Shown here: piece by piece, positions 40,681-52,863 of the stretch
Layout of the letters: every line of letters starts with the position of its first letter
Position numbering within the stretch: position 1 is the stretch's first letter
DNA from: Podarcis tiliguerta
Taxonomy: Eukaryota
Strand: one strand, 5' to 3'
NCBI GenBank assembly: GCA_965153285.1
Contig: OZ229111.1
Length of the DNA: 64,000 nucleotides
Position numbers and translations under genes: made by a program
The notes under the pieces: generated by a model
Told to the model about the DNA's origin: nothing
Seen by the model: only the letters and a program-made list of their open reading frames with translations
Database searches by the model: none

Positions 40681-42860
40681 ACTGAACACATTTATCATAC
40701 AAATACAGATAACAAATTTTTGGAGAATACTCTGTGACTTGAGCATTCAGACCGCGTCTAGAGCCTTCCAGAAAAGGACTATTGCTTTCAGTCTCTGCTT
40801 TTGGACTTTCTGAAGTCAGCTGGTTAGCTCCTGTGGGAAGTGGGGTGCTGTACTAGATGAACTTTTGTCCTTACCGTAATCGTTGTATACATGACTTTGA
40901 CTTTGGACTGCAGCAGAACTATTGGGTATATTTTATGTCAACAATAATCTGTGGAAGTACCAAGCATAATTTGTTTGATATACCAAATAACTTTGATGCT
41001 GAGTCATATCAAATCTTCCCCTTTCTCTTTTCTTGATTGGGTCAGAATGATAAAAAAGCATAATGCTCTTTTGTTTGCAGTCAACATTTTACAGCCATTG
41101 CCACAAATTATGTCATTTGTTTAGCAAGAGTCAGCTAATCTGAAATGCCAAGTGTAATTAGGAATGTTCCTTTGGACTACATTTCGCAATTACCTTTGGA
41201 ACTTCACGGGCTTATGTGCTCTCTTAAAGGAGAATTGTCCTTTAATGCCCTTTCATTTTTAAAATTTGTTATTTGCAATTTCTAGAGTCAGAAGGTCTGC
41301 GCTTTCTCAGAAGAAGAGTGAAGACATAAAACTAAATGCAATTATCTCGATGGGGTTAGAAAATCACCTTGGCTGGACACTTTCCTGCATATTTGGAGCT
41401 TTTGTGGAGGCAAAGCACAGAGATGATGCCAAGATTTAATACCAACTCTCCTTGGACTAGAACTAAGTCAAACACCCTTTTTTTAAAGGATTAGACCCAA
41501 TTATGCTTGGTGCTTCCACAGATTGTTGAAATAAAATATACCCAATAGTTTTGCTGCAGTCTGAAGTAAAAGCCATGTATACAATGATTACGGCAAGCCA
41601 AACCCCATAATTTTCAGCACTATAAGAAGAGGAAAGAGACAGGTGAGCCAAGACAAGGGTTAATCTATGGTTAGAGGTTAATGGGGCTGGAATGGGAAGG
41701 CATTCTGGTCTTAATGGTCAGTAGCAGAATGCTCTCACACAAGTAGCTCAGGCCATTGTGTGAGCAAGTTCTTAATCTGTGTCTGAAATGTAAGCTAACA
41801 GCAATACCCGTTATCCTTCTAACCATTTATTAATCAGGCCTGCAGAACCAGATGTTCTCCCTTCATCCCTGCCCATTGACCATGCAGCTTGGGGATGATG
41901 GGAGTTGGAGTCTAACAACATCTGGAGGACCATAGGCCTCCTTTCCTTGCACTCTGATCTACTTCAACCACCTATATTAGTAAGAGCATTTCAGTAATGC
42001 ATTATGCCAGTCAAATGTCACAAATATTGGAGAGTGTGATTAGTGGTTAAAAAACCTTTACAAATTCTTCCCTGGGTAAATATAAATTCATAAGAGAAAA
42101 TTAGAGGAATTAAAAAAGGAACTTGACATTCCTGTCTACTAATAGAGCCTTTGAAAAGTTTCTATAATGATTAGGCAGCCGAAAGAGAAATGTTAGACAA
42201 ATTAGCGTTGTCAGTTCCTAAACCAGGTACCATGTGATTTAATAAAGGAGCCTGTATTGTGTCTTAATTTCTCCTGCAAATTTCATTTTATTTTTCCCAG
42301 TCCTCTAAAAATGTGCAGTGAATCGTATCTAATGATTCTTTAGAAAAATCATTGGATGCCAGCACAAATTTAATTTGTCAGAACAGCATTTCCAAACTCT
42401 TTAAAATGTTAATAATGGAACACATATTGTAAATACCATATAGGATATTAACATAACTAGTGAGCAATTATGAAGCCAGTTCCCTTTCTAGATGAAAGAT
42501 TCAAAACAGACTGAGGGAGAAAAGGTTCTCTGGGCCCTATTGATTCTTACAAACGGGCTCTGTACTATATTTCAGCCTTGGAGCATAATCCTGTGCATTT
42601 ATATTCAGAAATGAATCTTACTCTCTTCATTGAGAACTTACCCCTAGTAAGTGTGGCTAGCATTGCAGTCTAACTCTTACTCCTATTTGTATTTGCATCT
42701 AATTGCTTCATGCTTCATTATAGGTCAAATGTCCCTTTGAAGAAAATGCTTCCTGTCATGTACCACTTCCAAAACAATGATGCTTATTCATGTCTCAGTA
42801 AATATCTAGTTGAGCATCCCTGGAATGATCGCCTAGATGTAACTGGTTGCTCCCCTGTAT

Positions 42861-43097
42861 GAGAGCCAGTGTGGTGTAGTGGTTAAGAGCGGTAGACTCG
42901 TAATCTGCGTCTCCGCTCCTCCACATGCAGCTGCTGGGTGACCTTGGGCTAGTCACACTTCTTTGAAGTCTCTCAGCCCCACTCACCTCACAGAGTGTTT
43001 GTTGTGGGGGAGGAAGGGAAAGGAGAATGTTAGCCGCTTTGAGACTCCTTCGGGTAGTGATAAAGCGGGATATCAAATCCAAACTCCTCCTCCTCTT
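42861..43097 (+). mobile_element. tRNA-derived SINE with L2-like 3' tail (Squam-type); B box apparently deleted
   Basis: A-box-like TGGTGTAGTGG, CORE-like GGGTGACCTTGGGC, 3' stem-loop homologous to the L2 tail, (CTC)n end; no GTTCRA B box visible. Confidence 0.75.
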
Positions 43098-43419
43098 CCC
43101 ATAGCTGAATGGCACAACAATTTAAGTGAGCAGGAGAATAAAAGGTTTAAGAAAGGGAAAGTTATTGGATAAACTTAGACTAGAATAGCATCATTGTGTA
43201 GGATGCACTAAGAGAGTGATGTATTTTGCAACCTGATCAACAAGCAATAAATTCATAGGCGGGTACCGAAAAACAGGAATTGTGGCAAAGAGGAGAGAGT
43301 ACGGAATGGCAACCTGGTTGAAGTGAGATTGCTTTGGGGTTATGATGGGTTTGTTCCTAAAGTAACATGATGAACACCACCAGAGTGTGGCTGGATTGGC
43401 TAAAAGGAATCAGATTGGT

Positions 43420-43650
43420 CTTCCATATTCCAGGCCTTTTTACAAATCTATTCAGTGCTTTGCAGTTTTATTTGTTGCAGGCCGTTCATGTGAAAGAGCC
43501 TTTTCAAAAATAGGACATGTAAAAAAACACACAAAGAAGTGCAATGTACCAGCAGCCTCCCAACTCACTCTTGATTTTGTACATTGAACAAGAATTGGCT
43601 TCGTCAGTTAATTACAATGATGTGCTTGAGGAATTTAAGTCCATAACACC
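43420..43650 (+). pseudogene. hAT (Tip100-like) transposase C-terminal dimerisation-domain remnant
   Basis: SCERAFSKIGHVKKH / frameshift / RSAMYQQPPNSLLILYIEQELASSVNYNDVLEEFK matches the hATC pattern ERxFS...LRSTM...L..L.IE. Confidence 0.7.
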
Positions 43651-44645
43651 TGGTGAGTGAAGTCTCATATTTCAGAGCAGGAGGATGTAGGAACCATAAT
43701 GAGTTTTGGTCAATTTGGGTTAGCTCATTATCTGGTTAAAAATAAAGATCATGAAAATTTAATGCATCTTTGCGTACTCTTGGTTATCACTGCAGCAAAA
43801 AGAAAAGAAAAGAAAAGGTATTTTGTGTCTCACTTTTTAAACTTGCATTTTTAAAGTAAAGTTTGGTTGTTAATTTAAAAAAAATAGTGAAGCTTTTGTT
43901 TCATTAGTTTGATGAATAAAAATGGTCCTTTTATGATTATGTACTCAATAAATGTTGGGGGGGTGGAATTCCCTGGATGCACACTTTAATGAAATGTATG
44001 GTGTACACCTATGCAGAAATTGCTTTTGCTGGGATTCTCGGCAGGGAGTGCTGTGTCAGTAATCGACTTAGCCTGCCTAAACGAAAGTACGTGTTAATAT
44101 CATGACAGACTTAATTATGCTGAAGAGTTGTAAGCTAGTCAGAGATCAAGCTTCTTCTTAGGGGAATTTATTTTATTATTTTGCTTTAATTTTCATCAGT
44201 AAAAGTTTATACTCACCTACACGGTGTTCAAGGTGACACGCTTCCTCCCCCTTTCATCCTCCCAACCACCATGTGAGGTAGATTAAGCTGAGGGGTGGTG
44301 ATTGGCTCAAGGTTACACAATGAGATTCATGGTTGAATAGGGATACCAACCCTAGTCCTCCTGGTCCTAGTCTCATCTTCTAACCACTAGAATCATAGAG
44401 CTGGAAGGGTCTCCAAGGGCCATCCAATCCAAGCCCTGCAATGCAGGAATCTCAGCTAAAGCATCCATGACAGATGGCCATCCGACCTCTTCTTCACTGG
44501 AGGTTCTTAAGCAGAGTCTACAACCTTCTGAGACCATCCTTTCCTACAAGCAGTGAGGTAGTTAGGACAAAGGGCTCAAGCACAAGTGGAAGCAGAACCA
44601 TGACTAATCCAATTAAGCAGTTTAAAGAACATTTAAAGCCTTTTC

Positions 44646-45942
44646 CCCCTTCATGGATCACTGCCTTGCCGTGGCAAAGGGGCTTGAATAACTCGGAGAA
44701 GCTCTGAGCTATGCCGTGCAGGGCCAGAGGATTGGAGAAGATCAGTCTACATCCCAATCCCAAACAAGGGCAGTGCCAAAGAATGCTCCAACTACTGCAC
44801 AATTGCACTCATTTCACACGCTAGCAAGGCTATGCTTAAAATTCTACAAGGCAGGCTTAAGCAGTATGTGGACCGAGAACTCCCAGAAGTGCAAGCTGGA
44901 TTTAGAGACCAAATTGCAAACATGCGCTGGATTATGGAGAAAGCTAGAGAGTTCCAGAAAGACATCTACTTCTTCTTCATTGACTATGCAAAAGCCTTTG
45001 ACTGTGTTGACCACAGCAAACTATGGCAAGTTCTTAAAGAAATGGGAGTGCCTGATCACCTCATCTGTCTCCTGAGAAATCTCTATGTGGGACAAGAAGC
45101 TACAGTTAGAACTGGATATGGAACAATTGATTGGTTCAAAATTGGGAAAGGAGTACAGCAAGGCTGTATATTGTCTCCCTGCTTATTTAACTTATATGCA
45201 GAATTCATCATGCAAAAGGCGGGGCTGGATGAATTAAGATTGCTGGAAGAAATATCAACAATCTCAGATATGCAGATGACACAACCTTGATGGCAGAAAG
45301 TGAGGAGGAATTAAAGAACCTTCTAATGAGGGTGAAAGAAGAGAGCGCAAAATATGGTCTGAAGCTCAACATCAAAAAAACGAAGATCATGGCCACTGGG
45401 CCCATCACCTCCTGGCAAATAGAAGGGGAAGAAATGGAGGCAGTGAGAGATTTTACTTTCTTGGGCTCCAAGATCACTGTAGATGGTGACAGCAGTCACG
45501 AAATTAAAAGACGCCTGCTCCTTGGGAGAAAGGTGATGGCAAACCTAGACAGCATCTTAAAAAGCAGAGACGTCACCTTGCCAACAAAGGTCCGAGTAGT
45601 TAAAGCCATGGTTTTCCCCGTAGTGATGTATGGAAGTGAGAGCTGGACCATAAAGAAGGCTGATCGCCGAAGAATTGATGCTGTTGAATTATGGTGCTGG
45701 AGGAGACTCTTGAGAGTCCCATGGGAAGAGAAGACTCCCTGGAAAAGACCCTGATGTTGGGAAAGATTGAGGGCACAAGGAGAAGGGGACAACAGAGGAC
45801 GAGATGGTTGGACAGTGTTCTCGCAGCTACAAACATGAGTCTGACCAAACTGCGGGAGACAGTGGAAGACAGAAGTGCCTAGCGTGCTCTGGTCCATGGG
45901 GTCACGAAGAGTCGGACACGACTAAATGACTAAACAACAACG
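44646..45942 (+). mobile_element. RTE-BovB LINE, internally deleted, both termini retained
   Basis: BovB-type 5' leader; RT peptides FIDYAKAFDCVDH, GVQQGCILSP, LRYADDT; 3' end GGGGTCACGAAGAGTCGGACACGACT + (CAA)n; 10-bp TSD AAGCCTTTTC (44636-44645 and 45943-45952). Confidence 0.9.
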
Positions 45943-46380
45943 AAGCCTTTTCAAGAGATCATTCTTTGCCATCATTGTTACATCTGCTCAGGAGGGCTAG
46001 CCCAGTGGCTCAGGCTTTAGACAAAATGAGGCAGCTGTTATACGTGATAAATGACTTTGGTGGATTATAGATGCTGGCTGTGTTTCTGGAATAGTGGTAT
46101 GGTTTTGAGGACAGAGCTGCATGTGCCACACACAGTCTCCTCTGCACTCCTTAAACTAGTTTGCTGCTGTATGGGTTTTGGAGAATTCCTCTGGAAACAG
46201 AAATGGGATCAACATTGACTTATTTGTCCCATGTCTGCAATGGAATTCAGTCCAGTGAACACAGTCAATATTTGCCGTGGATGCTGTTTTCAGTCCTCTC
46301 CCCACATTTGCATTCTGTTTTCTTTGTATTGAAATGAATGGGCTTCTCGTTGAAAGCAATGTTGTGGAACAACGTAATTA

Positions 46381-46621
46381 CAGTGGTACCTCTAGATATG
46401 AACTTAATTCGTTCCGGAGGTCCGTTCTTAACCTGAAACTGTTCTTAACTAGAGGCGTGCTTTCGCTAATGGGGCCTCTTGCTGCCGCTGCACCGCCGCT
46501 GCATGATTTCCGTTCTCATCCTGGGGCAAAGTTCTCAACTCAAGGTAACTCCTCCAGGTTAGTGGAGTTTGTAACCTGAAGCGTTTGTAAACTGAGGCGT
46601 TTGTAACTCAAGGTACCACTG
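46381..46621. mobile_element. Tigger/pogo-like MITE, family A
   Basis: TA-CAGTGGTACCT ... AGGTACCACTG-TA. Confidence 0.85.
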
Positions 46622-48303
46622 TATTCCATACTTAATTATGTAATTACTTACGTAATATTGTGCTACGGTGGACAGCAAGACGAATAACGTAGCGTTTTTT
46701 TCTTGGAAGCTGACCAGCAACGGAACGGAAACTGCGGCGCATGTGCTGAACATGGATCAGTATGAAAAATGATGCCTTCTTATATCCATACACTCCTCTT
46801 AAATAAAGGAGAGCATGCTGTCCCATCGGCAGTGTTGAAGTAAGGATGAATTGCCAGTCCAGCTAGTTTCTGTACATGGAATTTGTGGGGGAGAAGGGTA
46901 TCTTATCATCTTACCTTCTCCTCTCAGGCTGCAAAATGCCTTGGACTTGCTCTGCTGCTTAGTCTCTTATCTGTAAAAGAGATATCATGGCTCTATTTTC
47001 TATAGAAATGCTTTCTTCCTGTGTGCCTGCTCCCTTTCTCTTCCCCAACTGACCCAGGCACATAGGAACAGAACAGATGCCTCTAATTTAGAACGTGCCC
47101 CACCCTGCTTGCTCTTTGGAGAATTGTGTTGGCAGAACATTTGGGGGATCCGGCTCTTAAAATTTCCTTTGATGCCACCGCGTTTCTGAAATCAAGAACA
47201 CGATTTCTTTTGCCTTGCAAATTGGCCCCATTTCCATAACGCTCCTTTAACGACTTCCTCAGGAAATTTCAAGAGGCGTGTTGGCAGGCGCTCATTCCAA
47301 GCAGAAAATATCTCATCAGGAAGCTTAAAAGGTAAGGATGTGCTGTAATTATATATCTCTTGTGAGTCGGAGAGATTGTGAGAGGCCCACAATGAGCCGC
47401 ACTGCACACTGAGGTTATAGTAGCAGCTAATGCTCTAATTGATGCAGTTTGGGCTTTTAACACATTTTCATTGTAATTAGGAGTCTGGGTCGTGGATACA
47501 ATCTATTACGTTTGTGGAGCACATGATCGAGCAGGGTAGTCATTAAATGCCCTGCTCAGCCCTGATGCTCCCTGCAGTGAAATGAGGCAATTAAGCCTTC
47601 AGATTTAATTCCACATTGCTTAGGTCTATGAAGCAGGGAGTATGCAAACAAAATTGTACAATCCATTTATAATCCATTTATTTATTTTAAAGCAAACAAC
47701 TATATTGAGTAGGTATTCTTCAGGTGCTCCCTCCTTCAGATGTTGACCAGGTAGCCACTGAAGAGAACACTTTGGGCTCCAATCAACATCTGTACGTTTC
47801 TTTCCAGGGATATCTATCTGGCATAGGATTGGCAATGCTGTAGAGGCATTGTTTCATTGTAAGCCACCTCAAGTACAGTGTTCCTGAGCAGAAAGGTACA
47901 GACATGTTTTAAACTAAACTAATAAATGATTCTTATTGGTGCACAGCAGGGTTGATCCTTCCCTTGGCATCTGTATGGCAAACACCCAATATATCTTGCA
48001 TTAGAACAGACAGTGGGAAATCAGTTCAAGCGTCAATTAAGGACGGCAGCAGTATGATTCTGGTCTTTTTCAATATCAGTGCTCTTTTTGGTTATCACAA
48101 TGGCTGGATGTCACCCAGTTTTTACACTTCAGTTGTCACCTGATAAGTTCAAAATTCAATCTAGATGGGCTTTTATCCTAAGGCTATCGTATGGGTGGTC
48201 TTCATTATTTTTATTTAGGCTTTTCTGAAATCCATTTAAGCCTTAGTGGTCCACTGTCAATAATATATATTGCCAGAACTACACTTGTTAGCAGATATAG
48301 TCT

Positions 48304-48306
48304 CCT

Positions 48307-48338
<32 letters not shown>

Positions 48339-48545
48339 TTCTTCTTCTTCTTCTTCTTCTTCTGTGATCACTCATAGCTGAGTAAGATTGTCTTCCATAA
48401 ACACGGTTTTAACAATAAGTCCGTAAGTGACTGTGGAAGCCAATTCTGGATCCACACGCCCTTCCACGGTGGGGACATTGGTTTCCGGGCGGGAGTTGAT
48501 CACGGTGTGGATTTGCCAAGCGTGCCTTCCTCTTAGCACGTTTCG
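48304..48545 (-). mobile_element. 5'-truncated RTE-clade LINE with expanded (AAG)n tail (TTC microsatellite 48304-48363)
   Basis: Minus-strand peptide KRAKRKARLANPHRDQLPPGNQCPHRGRACGSRIGFHSHLRT is a decayed C2H2-like RTE C-terminus. Confidence 0.7.
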
Positions 48546-49724
48546 TATTGCACTGTCAATCACTGAGCAATTTTAATTAATTATGTTTTGCCTTAATAGC
48601 TGCAAAAATATGTGATAATGCCAAAAAATTAATTTGAAGGAAATATTTTAGAACTGCAAAGCGGAATGAATGCATGAGATCATCCAAATTCCATTTAACA
48701 AAAGTTAAACCATTCTACTTTCATTATTCAAGCAAAGTCTGAAACACAGTCCATACTGGTGGCTAAGGCTTTGCAGACTGTTAATGATAATAAGCCTTTT
48801 ATTTCTATACTCAGGGCCCTTTGTGGTACCTGAGAGGCTCTCAAAAAATATGACTGAAACTGGAACATATTTCATGTACCAGAGGCTTCCTCATCACAGG
48901 CCTTTAAGTCACAAACTTCTATACCTGGCAACTCCACAGCACACTTGGATTCACTGTAGACAACACAAAATGGTGGTGGGTCTTGCCTTTAGGATAGAGG
49001 ACACTGTAGGCAGACAGGCTGGCAGGCTCATCTGTCTCTTTTGTTTCACGTTCCTTACCTCAGGAGAATAACAACTGTTTTCTCATTTAGAAAGGAAAAT
49101 CAATGGTGGGGTGGGGTGGGGGTTATTGCCAGCATCAGGCTATTTATAATATGTTGAACAATAGCTGACCTTGGAAAACTACAGACCGGCCAGTGCTCTC
49201 ATTGCCTCGGAGTATCAGATACCCACCCAACAGCCTGGGGCTGGCTTCCCCAGTTGAGGTTGCCAAGATGTAGCACTCAGGGTGGAGACATCAGAAGAAA
49301 GCAGAAACAAAGGCAGGGAGTTACGGCAACACAAGCAGTTTGTGTGTTTTGAAGCAAGCACATTTTGGTTTCCTTCCCCGTTGGCCTCTTCTGTTCTCCA
49401 AATCTTTCGTTTTCCTTGCTTTTTCTTATCACTATTGTTTTAAGAAGCAATCATATAAATGCTGTATGCATGGCCTATAACTCTGATTGAGTCCATTTCC
49501 TGATTATGGATTTATTTTTCTACTTTTCAAATGCCATTTTGAGGAGGTCGAGGCCAGGCAAAGTGGATTTGCGGCCAGTCTTATGAGAGCAACCAGTGCT
49601 TTGCATCTCTCTTTTGTCCACCCCCTCCACCCCACCGTTTTACTCTGGATATGCAAGAGAAGGGGACAAATGGTGCACAATTCATCTTATGAAGGCTGTT
49701 GGATGCTGATAACAGAATGTGATA

Positions 49725-50426
49725 CAGTCATACCTCAGCTCCTGAACGGCTCTGTTTTCGAACGATTCAGCTCCCGAATGCCAAAAACCCGGAAGTAAAT
49801 GTGAAGTGAAGGACATGAGGCAGGAGGTGATAATGCAGGTGAGCTGCGCACAGGTGAGCTGCAAGCAAGCTGCCGGCCAGCTCTGTGGAGCCTCCTTTTA
49901 TTGACCCAAATATGCAAACCCAGGCAGATACATTTTGGGCTGTGACCTTTACACATCTTCCAGTCCCGAGATCATGGGGTGGTACAAAGTTATTTTGGCA
50001 CCTGTTTCCACCGTGTCATTTCCCCCTTGCACAGTGTATGATGAAGGAGACAAAAGGTCTCAGAGACAAAGGTCACAGACAGGACACCACAGACTACTGA
50101 GATCGCAAAAGGTTAGACAGAGGGCATGATGTTCAGATAGCTGTGGCTTTATCTGCGAGGGGGAGTGTGCCCCGCACCCCAAGGTCACGTGTGCAGGCAG
50201 GCTGAGGCTGCCTGCGGGTAGGGAGTTTGCTCTGGACCCAGCGATCATTCCTACATAAATGCTCCGGGTTTCGAACGTTTTTCAGAAGCCAAACATCCAA
50301 CGTGGCTTCTGCTGAGTGCAGAAAGCTCTTGCAACCAATCGGAAGTCGTGATTCGGTTGCCGAACGTTTTGGAAGCTGAACAGGCTTCCAGAACTGATTA
50401 CGTTCGACAACCAAGGTTATGATTGT
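49725..50426. mobile_element. Tigger/pogo-like MITE, family C, split by an LTR insertion
   Basis: TA-CAGTCATACCT left end, AGGTTATGATTG-TA right end; the halves rejoin across TAAATG. Confidence 0.78.
49802..50255 (-). mobile_element. Solo LTR (454 bp) nested in a MITE
   Basis: TG...CA termini; 6-bp TSD TAAATG (49796-49801 and 50256-50261); minus-strand AATAAA near 49897-49902. Strand inferred from that motif. Confidence 0.78.
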
Positions 50427-50639
50427 ATTAAGTAATTGCATGTGTGTGTTACATTTACACGTTACATTTATAGCCTGCTCCTCGACAGCCTCTCACCACC
50501 CATTTTCTCTTCACAACAATCATGTCAGGTAAATTAGATCGAGAGAGTAGGGATTTCAAGTTTGCTCTCCAATCTTCGTCTTAGGCTGACACTAGTTTGC
50601 ATTAAGTGATGTTAGGTTTGGTTTACTGAATTTATGAAT

Positions 50640-51100
50640 TGCTTCCCCATCACAAAATGTCTGTTGTTTACCAAGAGGGTGAAATTCAACAAGAAAAATG
50701 CAGAGAACATTTTAAAAACATAGTATCCCAGTGCTGCCCAAATGCCTGGTGAGAGAAAAATGTCTTCGTCTGGCACTGAAACAATGACAAGGCTGGTGCC
50801 AGGCAGGCCTGCCTGGAGAGAAAGTTCCTGTGAGAAGAAGCTGAGGGAGAATTGGGGGTGGCGGTGGGAGAGATGAAGGGCCTGTTTTCTCATGGCCACA
50901 CTCCAGACCCCGCTTGATGGTGGGACACAGTGAAGGGCGTCAGATGACAGTAACAGGGTTTCAGGGAGGTTCATATGGGGGAAAGGTGGACCTCTAGGGA
51001 CAGAAGTCCCGAGTCATACAAGGCTTTAAAAGTCAAAAACAACACTTTGCATTGGGCCCAGAAACAAACTGGTAGCCGGTGCCGCCAAGCTGGAACCACT
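50640..51100 (-). mobile_element. Degraded L2 3' fragment
   Basis: Minus-strand L2-like coding end and T-rich 3' UTR. Confidence 0.5.
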
Positions 51101-52496
51101 GTTACATGTTCATGCTTTTTCCAGTCTAGCTTTTTATTTGTTTACCGGTATTTATCAAATTTGTATACTGCTCTTCATCGCAACATAAAAATACAACATG
51201 GAAACACAAAATACGTAATAAAACAAAAGCAAAAGAAACCAATCATCCCCATCCTGCAGACACGTTTAAAAAGCTGTTGCGTTTTACAGGGCATTCTCCA
51301 GTTTCCAAACCATTACTGAAGGCAACCCAATGTACAGCACATGGCAAGAGTCTTAGTATTAGGTTGTGCTGAACTAGCAAGACCTGAGTAGTGCAGGTCA
51401 AAAGTGCTTCATGGTTTCTAAAATGATTTATTAAATCAGGAAATGGAGTACACAACCACGGCTGACAGCACATGCTTTGTAAGAAGTCCCAAATTAAATT
51501 CCCATAATCTACAGTAAAATAAACAACAGGCAATAGGATAGGAGAGCCATTGGCAGTACTAGGCTCATTTTCAGACTTCATCCTGTCCCTGTCATTGTAA
51601 GTTTTTGACTCTTACAGGGAATTAATTATGAGATGGAATCTATATGCCACATATAATATGTGATAAATTAGGCCTCATGCACAGTAATCCCTAAAGGGAA
51701 TGGATTACCATGATTATTGTTGTCCACTAGAGGGCTCCCTTGCTTAGGGCTGTGGAAGCTGTACTAGTAGAAATTTTAATCGCTGGAGGCTGCCTTTTTG
51801 TTTTCATGCCTTTTCATCTTTTGTGCTATATTGCTTTTAAATAATTGTGGTTTTCATTTTTAATTGATCCTTATTAGTTGCCTTGAGATTGTTAAAGGAC
51901 TTCTGTTCCTAAGGGACATAGTACTGTAACGGAACTTTCTACCGTTGAAATAAATGGGTTTGAAAAGTGCTTAACTTTATATTGACTGAGTCATTGGTAT
52001 GTAATAGAATTCTAAATATTTCTTTACTAAAAAAACAACACTCCTGGTTGTGTTATTTCTTTTGGATGGCTTCATGTTCAGTCTGATCTTTTTTCTCTCT
52101 TTCTCTGGCACATAGGTGAAACTAGATAAGAAATGGACCAAAAGCCAACAGTGGAGACAAATAAATAACTAGGCTGGGATCTTTTAAAAAACCAGTGCGA
52201 GCATTTGAAAGTGTGACTGTGCGAGCATATAAATTCTTCTGATTAAATCTGCTTCTGTAGCCCCTCACACCAGATCAGATATATCAGGATGTCACTCTGG
52301 GGTCCTCTTAAAAGGAACCCTTTCCTTTGGATATAAGCAGTTATCATTTCTTGCCAAGGATATTCCTCCAGTGTGTGAGAGGTCCTATGTGGGTGATTTG
52401 ATCATTCAGGATGTAGGTAGCTGGGTGTGTGATGGGTGTGTAGACCAAATGGTGACTTTTGGTTTTTATTTTAACGTCACAGTAAGTTTAGGATCA

Positions 52497-52863
52497 GGAT
52501 GCGGGCGGCGCTGTGATCTAAACCACTGAGCTTAGGGCTTGCTGATAGGAAGGTCAGCGGTTCAAATCCCCGCGACAGGGTGAGCTCCCATTGCTCAGTC
52601 CCAGCTCCTGCCAACCTAGCAGTTCAAAAGCATGTCCAAGTGCAAGTAGATAAATAGGTACTGCTCCAGCGGGAAGGTAAATGGCGTTTCCGTGCGCTGC
52701 TCTGGTTTCGCCAGAAGCAGCTTAGTCATGCTGGCCACATGACCTGGAAAAACTGTCTGCAGACAAACGTCGGCTCCCTCGGCCAGTAAAACAAGATGAG
52801 CATTGCAACCCCAGAGTTGTTCACCGCTGGACTTAACTGTCAGGGGTCCTTTACCTTTACCTT
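52497..52863 (+). mobile_element. Sauria SINE, full length
   Basis: A box GGCGCTGTGA, B box GGTTCAAATCC, (ACCTTT)n tail; 14-bp TSD TAAGTTTAGGATCA (52483-52496 and 52864-52877). Confidence 0.92.
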
